Below, piece after piece: positions 43,369-53,900 of a stretch of DNA of 64,000 bases. This stretch comes from an uncultured Veillonellaceae bacterium (GTDB lineage Bacteria; Bacillota; Negativicutes; JARBTT01). The position numbers were made by a program, and so were the translations under genes. The stretch spans positions 1,120,001 through 1,184,000 of the forward strand of contig CAWDTA010000002.1 in the NCBI GenBank assembly GCA_963805085.1, read 5' to 3'. The number at the start of each line of letters is the position of its first letter. Position 1 is the first letter of the stretch. The notes under the pieces are model-generated. The model did no database searches and had not been told where the DNA came from. It saw only the letters and a list, made by a program, of their open reading frames with translations.

Positions 43369-45213
43369 ATGTTGAAACAAGAAAATATATCTAATCTAAT
43401 CATAGAAAATGTTGGCGGTACTGAAAATGTTGTAAACCTATATCACTGTATGACTAGATTGAGATTTATTTTAAAAGACCAAAAAAAATTTAATACCGAA
43501 GCATTAAAGAATATCCCGGGTGTTATAAATACAGTACAATCTGGAGCAGAGTCACAAATTATTATTGGTGCAGAAGTTGATAAATTTTATAATGATTTAT
43601 TAAAACATGGATTAGAGAATTTTAGTGATTGCTCAAGTAACCAAGAAAAACAAAAATTCAATATTAGAGATATGTTTCAAAAAGGCTTGAACACACTGGC
43701 TGGAATTATGGCGCCTATTTTACCTATTTTGATTGCTGGTGGTATGGTAAAGGTTGTGCTTGCATTGCTGGTGCTTTCGGGAATGAGTCGTGATTCGCAA
43801 AATTATAAAATACTTTATTTTATTTCGGATGCTACTTTTTATTTTTTACCGTTTTTCATCGCCAATAGTTTTGCAACGAGGATTAAGGCCAATAATTATA
43901 TGGCAATGGTTATAGCAGGGATAATGCTTCATCCTAATTTTATGAGCATGGTCAGTGCTGGTAAAGCAGTTTCTTTCTTTGATTTGCCAGTGCGCTTAGT
44001 ATCATATAGTGCAACGGTTATTCCTATTATTTTTGCTGTTTGGTTTATGAGCTATGTGGAAAAGGTTGTGGAAAAATACACGCCTAAATTAATTAAGACG
44101 ATGTTTAGACCATTATTAACCCTTTTGATAACCGCACCAGTGGTTTTGATTGTAGTTGGGCCTTTGGGGGGATATTTAGGTGAGGGTCTTTACTATATTA
44201 TACAAATACTCAATGAAAATGTTCCTTGGGCTGTACCAACGTTGATGGGAGCCTTTGCACCGTTGCTAGTAATGGCTGGTATGCATTTATCAATAACACC
44301 GTTTGCCATCTTGTCAGTATCTAAATTTGGCTATGAAACACTCATGGGCCCGGGAATGCTTGGCAGCAATATTGCACAAGGCGGTGCTTCACTGGCAATC
44401 GCATTTAAAGAAAAGCGAATAGAAAAACGTGAAGTGGCCATTTCATCAGGGATTACAGCTTTATCAGGAATAACGGAACCGGCACTTTATGGTGTAACGG
44501 TAAAATATAAAAGAGCGTTGGTCTGTGTTATGGTTTCAGGGGCTGTTGCTGGCCTTTATGCCGGAATAACAGGTGTGGTAAGATATGCCATTGCATCGGC
44601 AAGCTTTTTGTCTTTGCCGGTTTTTATTGGTGACAATCCTAATAATATAATCAATGCAGTTATTACAGCAATAATAGCATTAGTACTTTCTTTTGTATTG
44701 ACTTATGTGTTTGTTCCAGTAGAAAGTGTTGCAGCAGAAACAAAAAAAGAAGTAGAAAACGGTAAAGAAGAAATTAAAAATGTAGTAGCAGGTACATTGA
44801 TTCCATTGCAAGATGTTAAGGATGAAGCATTTTCATCAGGTGCTCTAGGGGGCGGGGCAGCGATAATACCACAGGAAGGGGCAATACATTCTCCTGTTGA
44901 TGGTGTAGTATCAATGGTATATCCTACTGGTCATGCGATTGGGATAACTAGTAAAAGCGGCAAAGAAATATTGATTCATATTGGTATAGATACTGTAAAG
45001 CTGGAAGGAGAAGGATTTAAGTCACATATAAAAAATGGAATGGAAGTCAAAAAAGGTGATTTGTTGATCGATGTTGATTTAGATCTTCTTAAAGAAAAAG
45101 GGTATGATACGACAGTAGTTATTGTCATATTGAATAGTGTAATAGATAATATGATAATCACAAAAAAAGACAGGTTGACCATCAATGATACATTGTTAGA
45201 AATTATTGATTAA
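43369..45213 (+). CDS. bglF: PTS beta-glucoside EIIBCA
   Basis: EIIB HCMTRLRF; EIIC GITEPALYG; EIIA DEAFSS, TGHAIG, LIHIGIDTV. Confidence 0.9.
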   Translation: MLKQENISNLIIENVGGTENVVNLYHCMTRLRFILKDQKKFNTEALKNIPGVINTVQSGAESQIIIGAEVDKFYNDLLKHGLENFSDCSSNQEKQKFNIRDMFQKGLNTLAGIMAPILPILIAGGMVKVVLALLVLSGMSRDSQNYKILYFISDATFYFLPFFIANSFATRIKANNYMAMVIAGIMLHPNFMSMVSAGKAVSFFDLPVRLVSYSATVIPIIFAVWFMSYVEKVVEKYTPKLIKTMFRPLLTLLITAPVVLIVVGPLGGYLGEGLYYIIQILNENVPWAVPTLMGAFAPLLVMAGMHLSITPFAILSVSKFGYETLMGPGMLGSNIAQGGASLAIAFKEKRIEKREVAISSGITALSGITEPALYGVTVKYKRALVCVMVSGAVAGLYAGITGVVRYAIASASFLSLPVFIGDNPNNIINAVITAIIALVLSFVLTYVFVPVESVAAETKKEVENGKEEIKNVVAGTLIPLQDVKDEAFSSGALGGGAAIIPQEGAIHSPVDGVVSMVYPTGHAIGITSKSGKEILIHIGIDTVKLEGEGFKSHIKNGMEVKKGDLLIDVDLDLLKEKGYDTTVVIVILNSVIDNMIITKKDRLTINDTLLEIID

Positions 45214-45369
45214 AGCGAATGTAGCCCCAACTGTAGAGTAGGATTATATTTTGTTATTACAAAGTGTATAACCATAGTTTTAGTACAACGATTAAGTTAA
45301 GCAATCTGGTAATATGCCAAGCCCAAAAAATAAAGAATTGTAAACAAATTGAGAAAAAAGAGTACACTT

Positions 45370-45532
45370 CAAGCTTTTTGAGCAGTCACCATAAGGTGCT
45401 GTAGGAGGCGAAAGACGTAACCTTTGCTACAATTTATTGTAGCATCAGGAGTTCCTAATAAAGGAGTTGAAAGTAAAAAAATAAGCTTTGTAAGTTGGCG
45501 GATATCTGCTTACAAAACTTATTATACGAGGA
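45370..45532 (+). repeat. structured intergenic element, copy A
   Basis: Homologous to 46358-46538; the last 59 bp are identical; two hairpins ending at the RBS. Confidence 0.85.
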
Positions 45533-45542
45533 AGGTAATCTT

Positions 45543-46343
45543 ATGAAAAAGAAAATAGTGTTTTTTGATATTGATGGAACCATGATAGATATTCCTGCGG
45601 GAATGCTTGAACCATTACCAAGTACGATTAAAGCAATAGAACAGCTAAGATTGAATGGTCATTATTCAGTCGTTGCAACAGCAAGGGCTAGTATGCCAGA
45701 AGCTTTTTCAAACCTAAACTTTGATGGCTTTATTTTTTGTAATGGAAACTATATAGAGTTCCAAAACAATCTTATTTATGACAACTTTTTTTCAGAAAAG
45801 CAAACCAAATTTCTAGTAGATTTATTTAAACAAAATGAAGGACAATACATTTTCAACGGACATTTTGGTAAATGGACAAGCCTTTCAACTCATCCACTAA
45901 TACTTCGCCAGATAGAACTTTTTGGAGGCTCTGTTTCTAGCAAAATTAGTGGGCAAGATGATTGGAAGACAAAAGATGTTCACGCAAACATGGTTACGGC
46001 TTTGTTTAAAACAGAAAAACAGTTGCTTAATTGCAAAGCTAATGTTCCAAGTGATTGGGTTATAGATGTTTATACCACCAGCAATATACGAATGGATATT
46101 CATTTACCAGGGTATACAAAAGGAACTGCAGTTGGCTATTTATCTAAAGTTTTTGGCGTGTCTTTTGACGATACTTTCGCTTTTGGGGATGCTTGTAATG
46201 ATATTGAAATGCTAAAAACTGTAAAGCACGGAATTGCCATGGGTAATGGGACTGATCAAATTAAAGCAATTGCCTCTGATATTACTGATGATGTTGCAAA
46301 TGATGGTATTTATAATGCATTGAAGAAATATAATGTAATTTGA
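45543..46343 (+). CDS. Cof-type HAD-IIB phosphatase
   Basis: FFDIDGT, ATAR, TKG, AFGDACNDIEML, AMGN motifs; RBS supports ATG 45543. Confidence 0.92.
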   Translation: MKKKIVFFDIDGTMIDIPAGMLEPLPSTIKAIEQLRLNGHYSVVATARASMPEAFSNLNFDGFIFCNGNYIEFQNNLIYDNFFSEKQTKFLVDLFKQNEGQYIFNGHFGKWTSLSTHPLILRQIELFGGSVSSKISGQDDWKTKDVHANMVTALFKTEKQLLNCKANVPSDWVIDVYTTSNIRMDIHLPGYTKGTAVGYLSKVFGVSFDDTFAFGDACNDIEMLKTVKHGIAMGNGTDQIKAIASDITDDVANDGIYNALKKYNVI

Positions 46344-46357
46344 GCTGAGGAAATCTG

Positions 46358-46538
46358 CAAGTTTTTGAGCCAAATCTACAGTGCTGGGCTGGTTATTGGC
46401 AACAGCAAAAGGCGTAACCTTTGCTACAGCTCACTAAAATCTATTGTAGCATCAGGAGTTCCTAATGAAGTAATTAAAATAAAAAAATAAGCTTTGTAAG
46501 TTGGCGGATATCTGCTTACAAAACTTATTATACGAGGA
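46358..46538 (+). repeat. structured intergenic element, copy B
   Basis: Homologous to 45370-45532. Confidence 0.85.
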
Positions 46539-46547
46539 GAATTATTG

Positions 46548-47720
46548 ATGAAGATTACGGATGTAGAAATATTCTGTGCTGATTTTGATAAAACAGCACC
46601 AAATGAACCAATTTTTATAAAAATAAATACTGATGAAGGGGTAAGTGGTTTTGGTGAAGCTGGTGTAGCCTATGGTAATGCCAAACTGGGGGCTATCGGG
46701 CAAGTCCAAGATTTTGCTAAATTGATTATAGGTGAAAATCCCTTCTGTATAGAAAAAATTTGGGATCGTTTATACAGAGATACTTTCTGGGGACAAGGCG
46801 GTGGTACAGTAATTTTTGCGGCTATGAGTGCAATCGATATCGCTCTCTGGGATATCAAGGGTAAGGCATTAGGCGTTCCTGTTTATGAACTGTTAGGCGG
46901 AAAAACGCGTGATAAAATAAGAGCATATGCTAGTCAGATTCAGTTTGATTGGGGGAAGAATGCTATTCCTCTCGGTGGTGTAGAAGAATATGGCCTAGCT
47001 GCTCAGAAAGCTGTTGCAGACGGTTATACAGCAATTAAAGTCGATCCATTGCAGCGTGATGAAAATGGCAATAAAAACCATAGAAATGATGGGCTTTTAA
47101 CGTTTGATAAGTTAAAACTGTGTCGTGACAGATTAGTAGCAATAAGAAAAGCTGTTGGAGATAAAGTAGATATTATTTTGGAATTGCATGCCAAGACAGA
47201 TGTTAATTCAGCATTTCAAATTAGCAAGATGATCGAAGACTTAAATATCTATTATATGGAAGAAGCATGCGGTTCTTTGAATCCACAATTAACTAAAGAA
47301 TTGAAAAATAAAGTAAATGTTCCCTTAGCTGCTGGTGAGAGGATTTATTCACGTTATGGATTTAAGCCTTTTTTAGAAAGTCGCTCTTTGGATGTGATTC
47401 AACCAGATCTTGCTACTTGCGGCGGAATATCTGAGTGTAAAAAAATATGTGATATGGCTAGAATATATGATGTTTTAGTGCAACCGCATGTATGTGGTGG
47501 ACCTATTTCTTGTGCAGCGGCAATACAAATAGAAGCAGTAATTCCTAATTTTTGCATCCATGAACACCATATAGGTAATCTAACTGATTTTACAAGAAGT
47601 TTGGGTGTTTATGATGATCAGCCTGTTAATGGCTATATTATAGTGTCGGATCGACCGGGGCTAGGTCAGGAAATTCCTGCTGATATTTTGGCGAAATGTA
47701 GTAAAATAAAGATAGTCTAA
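46548..47720 (+). CDS. mandelate racemase/enolase superfamily acid-sugar dehydratase (DgoD-like)
   Basis: TDEGVSGFGE, SAIDIALWDIKGK, LELH, MEE, AAGE, IQPD, GGISE motifs. Confidence 0.88.
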   Translation: MKITDVEIFCADFDKTAPNEPIFIKINTDEGVSGFGEAGVAYGNAKLGAIGQVQDFAKLIIGENPFCIEKIWDRLYRDTFWGQGGGTVIFAAMSAIDIALWDIKGKALGVPVYELLGGKTRDKIRAYASQIQFDWGKNAIPLGGVEEYGLAAQKAVADGYTAIKVDPLQRDENGNKNHRNDGLLTFDKLKLCRDRLVAIRKAVGDKVDIILELHAKTDVNSAFQISKMIEDLNIYYMEEACGSLNPQLTKELKNKVNVPLAAGERIYSRYGFKPFLESRSLDVIQPDLATCGGISECKKICDMARIYDVLVQPHVCGGPISCAAAIQIEAVIPNFCIHEHHIGNLTDFTRSLGVYDDQPVNGYIIVSDRPGLGQEIPADILAKCSKIKIV

Positions 47721-47735
47721 TATATAATTGATGAT

Positions 47736-47786
47736 AAAAAAGGCAGTTCTCCATGTATATAAGATACAGAGAGAACCGCCTTTTTA
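47736..47786. terminator. terminator between dehydratase and LacI genes
   Basis: aaaaaaggcagttctc / gagaaccgcctttttt stem. Confidence 0.7.
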
Positions 47787-47839
47787 TGCGTGTTTATAAA
47801 ATATTTTATAGTAAAGACAACGAGAACTGATATTTTTTG

Positions 47840-48802
47840 TTAGCAAGTTTCTCTAAACACCAATTTTGGAGTGATTTGCTTGTATGTAAGGTTTGTATTA
47901 TTTAAGTTATTATAGATATAGTAAAATGAATTTATTGCTTGTTTTTCAAGAAATGTATCTACTGTGGATATATTCATTAAACGTCCGAAATTGCTATTAT
48001 CAAAACCAAAGATAGCACAATCTTTAGGTAGTTGATAGCCGTTTTCTTTAAGTATAGAAATAAATTCAGTAGCAACATAATCAGAATATATTACCACTGT
48101 TTTGGGGGCTGCTTTTCCGGCGGCAATCCATTTATGGGCGGCATCAATGCCAGCATCTTTTTGCGCATTATAAAATAATCTCCATTCATTATCCATGGAA
48201 TGAGTTTTTTCAAAGGTTTGTATTGCTTCTAAACGAGCTTGGGTATTAGAGTTTTTTTCACAATTTAAAATGTGACCGACAAGGCGTGCTCCTTTAGCAT
48301 AGATATATTCTAAGATTTGCATGTATATGGGGAAATGATCAATATATGATGAATATATCTTATCAGATTCGATTCGGCGCCAAGTTGCAATGGGACCAAA
48401 CTTTGTATATGGAATGATTTTATCCCAATCATTTATTTTTGCTAACAAAAATAAACCATCTAGAGAGCGTGTCGTCAATAGATTAAGAGCCGTTAATTCA
48501 TCTTGGAAATTTCCTGTGAAATATATGTTTACACGGTAGTTATATAGCTTGGCGGTATTGACGAAATAATTTATAAAATCTCCGACTGTAGGATAATAAT
48601 CATTTACTAAAAATCCTATGGTATTAGTGCGTTGATACTTCATCTGGCGAGCAATTTGGTTAGGGATATAGTTCAGTTCGTTTATTGCATCTAAAATACG
48701 AGAACGAGTTTCTGTACTGACATAACCATGATCACTAATAACTCTGGAAACAGTAGATTTAGAGGTCTTTGCTAACTTTGCTATATCAAATATAGTTGCC
48801 AA
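47840..48802 (-). CDS. LacI family transcriptional regulator
   Basis: TIFDIAKLAKTSKSTVSRV, LNYIPN, IFGFDN, PKLVFRET; TTG start chosen at the HTH. Confidence 0.9.
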   Translation of the reverse strand: MATIFDIAKLAKTSKSTVSRVISDHGYVSTETRSRILDAINELNYIPNQIARQMKYQRTNTIGFLVNDYYPTVGDFINYFVNTAKLYNYRVNIYFTGNFQDELTALNLLTTRSLDGLFLLAKINDWDKIIPYTKFGPIATWRRIESDKIYSSYIDHFPIYMQILEYIYAKGARLVGHILNCEKNSNTQARLEAIQTFEKTHSMDNEWRLFYNAQKDAGIDAAHKWIAAGKAAPKTVVIYSDYVATEFISILKENGYQLPKDCAIFGFDNSNFGRLMNISTVDTFLEKQAINSFYYIYNNLNNTNLTYKQITPKLVFRETC

Positions 48803-49102
48803 TGAATCACTTTCTTTCCCGAATATATCAATATGATATATTTTTTGATATTGTAGTTGGTTTAAAACAGTTTTTATTCTGATTTTTCCGAATATTAAAC
48901 TATACACCATTCTAGGTTTGGTAGACAAGGCCTTGTCAGAAAAAACGGATGAATCTTAAAGTAGTTTAATCTCTCATACTGCGGATGGTTAATCTTAGTA
49001 GAGGTTTTTCTTTGATCTTTTGACACTTACCTTATAGAAATTGGGCATCAATAGATACCAGAAAAGCCTTCCGAAATTATCGGAAGACTTTTATATTTAC
49101 TA

Positions 49103-49178
49103 TGGAGCTGATAATAGGATTTGAACCTACGACCTACTCATTACGAATGAGTTGCTCTACCAGCTGAGCTATATCAGC
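49103..49178 (-). tRNA. tRNA-Thr(CGT)
   Basis: gctgata/tatcagc acceptor stem, D arm, actca-ttCGTaa-tgagt anticodon arm, ggttcaaatcc T loop, encoded CCA; terminator at 49063-49092. Confidence 0.96.
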
Positions 49179-49353
49179 AATTACATATTATATTCTAATC
49201 CTCTGTTGTCATAATGTCAAGAACTGGACTTGAATATTTATTTTTATGAAAGAAACCGCAATATTTACCTAGGTTCATTTGTGTAAATAGTTCTTTTAAT
49301 ATTAATTGAAAATCTAGATGGATATAAAGTAATTCTCGCTTTTTCTAATGAAT

Positions 49354-50745
49354 TTATTCTTTAGATGATAAACGATAAAATTCAATTCGGTTACGACCAT
49401 TAGATTTTGCTTGATAAAGAGCTTGATCTGCGTTATGAATAGTTTCAAAAACTTCTTGGTTTGGTGTGCATTGTGTGTTCGCAACACCAAGACTGACAGT
49501 AACGTAATCTGAAGTTTTAGATTCTTTATGGGAAATGTGGAGATTTTCAACGCTCGTTCTCATTTTCGCAGCAATCAATCCAGCATCCTCCATACTTGTT
49601 TCTGGCAGCATGCAAATGAATTCTTCGCCACCATACCGGGCGACGAGATCTTCGGGACGAGAAATGTTGCTGGCTAGTACTTTTGCAACTTGGCGTAGAC
49701 AGTCGTCGCCAGCAAGATGCCCATAGGAGTCATTAAAGCCCTTGAAAAAGTCAATATCAATCATAATAAAAGATAACCTAGCATTACTTTGAGATAATCT
49801 AGCATATTCTAAAGATAATGCTTCGTCAAAATACCGTCGGTTTGCCAAATTGGTCAAGCCATCTTCATTACTTAGTACTTCGAGCTTTTTTATTGCATTT
49901 TTTAACTGTTTTTCGAGTAGTTTTCTTGCATGGATATCAGTCAACATAGCAAATGATCCTGTATAGTGTCCTTCCTCATCCATTATTGCTTTCGCAGAAA
50001 TAATTACCCAATGTTTAGAACCGTCTTTTTTTCGCAAGTATCTCTCGTACAATGCGTCTTTACCCTGCTGTCTTTCTTTCATCTGCACGTCAAGGTCGCT
50101 TAAATGTTCCTTAAATAATAAACTTTTAAAACTTAGTCCCAACAATTCTTCCGTTTCATAACCGAGCATAGAAGACAATTTATAATTAACAAATGAAATT
50201 TTTAAGTCGGGCTTTAAAATCATAATTCCTTCATTGGCTGCCTCGACAATAAAGCGATAACGTGCTTCGCTTTTTTGTAATTTTTCTTCGGCTATTTTAC
50301 GATCCGTTATATCAGTGCCAAGGACAATAAATGAACTAACATTTCCCATGGCATCAAATTCAGGGATATAATCCACTTTAACCCAACGATTTCCGATAGG
50401 GACATTAAAATAATATTCGTAAGTTGTGGGGGTTCCTTTTTTTACTGCTTCAATATATTGAATTGCGTTTTGATAGTTTTTTTCTGGGAGTATTTCACTC
50501 ATATGACGACCTAAAATCTGTTCCCTTGGAAGCTGATAGCCTTTTGCAAATGCGTTGTTAACAAACTTGTATCGTAAAGTAGTGGCATCAATATAGCAAA
50601 CATAAGCAGCAATACTATCTAGGATAAAAAACAATTTTTCATTGAGAGCCTTTTTTAATATAGCTTTACTTGGAATATATGTGCTTTCTTCTATTTCAGC
50701 AGCTATTTTTTTATAGGGGAAATGCTTTGGGGTCAATGGGCTCAC
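49354..50745 (-). CDS. diguanylate cyclase, PAS-PAS-GGDEF
   Basis: DGLTNLANRR, DIDFFK, RPED I-site, RYGGEEF, ADQALYQAK; two PAS/PAC domains. Confidence 0.92.
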   Translation of the reverse strand: MSPLTPKHFPYKKIAAEIEESTYIPSKAILKKALNEKLFFILDSIAAYVCYIDATTLRYKFVNNAFAKGYQLPREQILGRHMSEILPEKNYQNAIQYIEAVKKGTPTTYEYYFNVPIGNRWVKVDYIPEFDAMGNVSSFIVLGTDITDRKIAEEKLQKSEARYRFIVEAANEGIMILKPDLKISFVNYKLSSMLGYETEELLGLSFKSLLFKEHLSDLDVQMKERQQGKDALYERYLRKKDGSKHWVIISAKAIMDEEGHYTGSFAMLTDIHARKLLEKQLKNAIKKLEVLSNEDGLTNLANRRYFDEALSLEYARLSQSNARLSFIMIDIDFFKGFNDSYGHLAGDDCLRQVAKVLASNISRPEDLVARYGGEEFICMLPETSMEDAGLIAAKMRTSVENLHISHKESKTSDYVTVSLGVANTQCTPNQEVFETIHNADQALYQAKSNGRNRIEFYRLSSKE

Positions 50746-50903
50746 TCCTTCTGTTGATGATTCCTGATTGCTACTTAATATTTATTGTGTTTTATAAAGT
50801 CGATATTTGTAAAAAATGAATTTTTATAATAATTATATACTATCCTTTTTCAATTGCAAAACAAAAAAGGCTTCCGAAATTTTCGGAAGCCTTAAAGCCT
50901 CTA

Positions 50904-50968
50904 TAGAGCTGAGAAACTACGACCTACTCATTACGAATGAGTTGTTCTACCAACGGAGCTATTACTGG
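50904..50968 (-). pseudogene. pseudo-tRNA-Thr(CGT) with broken T arm and acceptor stem
   Basis: ctacgacctactcattacgaatgagttg is identical to the tRNA; it carries nearly the same terminator (cttccgaaat...tcggaag) at 50864-50892. Confidence 0.8.
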
Positions 50969-50994
50969 AATGGTAAACCTATGAATAGATATTT

Positions 50995-53900
50995 CTAATG
51001 AGAAGTGAAGATTTTTTTTAACTTATTTATAACACTAACTTTTAATTTTTTATTTATACGGTCAATAACAATAAATAAGACAGGAATTAAAAACACTCCG
51101 AGTGAAGTTGCTGCAAACATACCGCCAACAACAGCTGTCCCCATGGAGACTCTTGATCCTGCTCCGGCGCCGGTAGCAAGAGCTAAAGGAATACAGCCAA
51201 TAATAAAAGCCAGTGATGTCATTAAAATTGGTCGTAAACGTATTTTAGCTGCTTCAATTACTGCTTGTAATGGGTTCATCCCGTTATCAACTCTTAATTT
51301 AGCGAATTCTACAATTAAAATAGCATTTTTAGCCGCTAGGCCAATCAGCATAATTAAGCCAATCTGCATATAAATATCGTTTTCTATGTGGCGTAAATAC
51401 TGAGATAAAAAGGCGCCAAAGATACCTATGGGAACACAAAGAATAATTACAAATGGTATACTCCAACTCTCGTATAAAGCTGCTAAACATAGAAATACAA
51501 ACAATAGAGAAAAAGCGAACAAAACAGGTGCTTTACCACCAGAAATTTTTTCTTCACGACTCTGATCTGACCATTCATAACTGAATTGGGCAGGTAGCGT
51601 TTGTGCGGCAACTTCTTCTAATGCCTGCATCGCTTGTCCAGAACTGTAGCCAGGGGCAGGATTACCGCTCAGTTGGATGGCGCGATATCCGTTGAAGCGC
51701 TGAATGACAGCAGGACCGCTAGTAAATGTTGGCTTGACTAAAGTATTAAGTGGCACCATTACCCCATCGCTACTCTCAACATAAAAGAAACGGATATCCT
51801 CTGCGTTGTTTCTGAACTGTGATTCAGCTTGCATTATAACTTTAAAGGTTCTACCAAAATCATTGAAGTCATTCACTTGATAACCACCAAGAAAGACTTT
51901 TAATGCGCTATATATGTCAGTTAATGAAACTTTTAAAGTTTTGGCTTTTTCCCGATCTACTTCATACTTATAAAGTGGCGTATCAATCCGGAAAGTCGAA
52001 TTAACGTTACCGATTTCAGGTCGATTTTTAGCGGTAGCAATAAATTTTTGGGAAATCTGATTGAGTTCGTCATCAGAACTGCTCTCCATGTCTTCAAGCA
52101 TCAGTGTAAATCCGCCACGAGAACCAATACCCGGTAAAGAAGGGGCGTTAAAAGATTGAATGCTAGCCTCTGGAACATTTTTGCTTTTAGCGGCAACCTG
52201 TTGGATTATTTGGCTAACCTGCAAATCAGGTGTTTCGCGCTCACCCCATGATTTAAGGCGTGTATAGAGTAAGGCTGTGTTTGGCTTGCTTGCACCAGAT
52301 ACAAAGTCAGTACCATTAATAACAAGTACGTCTTGAACTCCTGGAATAGACCGCACTTCGTCAGCTACTTTATCTGCTACAGCGCGGGTACGCTTCATGT
52401 TTGTTGCTTCGGGCAAAGTAACGGCAATGGTAAAGAAACCTTGATCTTCCGAAGGGACAAAAGAAGAAGGAACCATATGAAATAGTGCGCCAGATAAAAT
52501 TACCAAGACTGCCAATAAAACCATACACATTCTTGCCTTTTTCGTAACTTTATTTAGCCCTTGGCCGTAGTTTTCAATTAGTTGATCGAACCAAGTGTTG
52601 AATTTTTCAAACCATAGCCCGAGTTTGCCAGTGTGTGCATTTGGATTATGTGGTTTAAGCAATAAGACACAAAGAGCCGGTGTTAAGGATAAAGCTACTA
52701 TAGCAGATAAGCCCATGGATACAGCGATCGTTAAGGCAAACTGCCGATATAAAATGCCGGAAGTTCCGCCAAAAAAGGCCACGGGAATAAATACTGAAGC
52801 GAGTACAAAGGCAATTGCGACAACTGGTCCGGAGACTTCGTTCATTGCCTTTATGGTTGCTTCCTTTGGCGTAAGAGCGTTATAACGCAGGTGATGTTCA
52901 ACTGCTTCAATAACGACAATCGCATCATCGACAACCAAACCAATCGCTAGCACCATGGCAAACATGGTTAAAATATTAATAGAAAATCCTAAAATATAGA
53001 AGGAGCCCAATGTACCAACTAAAGATACCGGCACCGCTAGCATGGGAATCAATGTAGCACGCCAAGTTTGCAAGAAGATAAAAACAACTACCATTACTAG
53101 TAAGAGTGATTCGAGCAAAGTGATGAGTACTTCTTTCATGGATTCTTTTACAAATTCATTAAAATCAACGATTACCTTGTATTCCATATCGTTAGGAAAT
53201 TTTTTTGAAGCTTCATCAATAGTTTTTTGGCATTTTGCAATCGTTTCTAGAGCGTTTGCATCTGTTGTCAATTGAATTCTAAATGTTGCAGCTGGCTGAC
53301 CGTTAATATCGCTATTAGAAGTGTAACTTTTAGCGCCTAATTCTACTCTACCTACATCGCGAATGCGAATAAGCGAGCCATCTGTATTTTCTTTTATAAT
53401 TATGTTGGAAAATTCCTCGGGATTTAGTAAACGACCTTGTACAATGGCTGATATCTGTGATTCTTGGTCAGCAGGCGATGGTTCTCCGCCAATCGTTCCT
53501 GCTGGAGCTTGTGCATTTTGTTCGGTGATTGCATTGGCAATCGCTGTTGTCGTAATCCCTAAATGAGCCATTTTGTCAGGTTGCAGCCAAATTCTCATAG
53601 CAAAGTCGGAACCAGACTCTACAACATTCCCAACACCGGGAACTCGTTTCAACGCATCTACAAGATTAATGTCGCCATAATTTTTTAAAAAGGTGCCATC
53701 ATAGGTTCCGTTTGGAGACCACAAGGAAAAGACATAAGCTGTTGCTGGTGAAACCTTTCGGATGGTAAGACCCTCTTGGGTTACGGCGGTAGGAAGAGAT
53801 GCATTTGCTTGTGAGGCCCGATTTTGAGTTTGCACAGTTGCAATATCTGGATCTTGTCCTAATTCGAATTTGACATTTAGATTGTATGTACCGTCGTTAG

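Noticed and set aside
43040-43369. BglG/LicT RAT antiterminator upstream of the PTS gene
   Set aside because: No RAT consensus was seen and no antiterminator gene is present; a LacI operator explains regulation.
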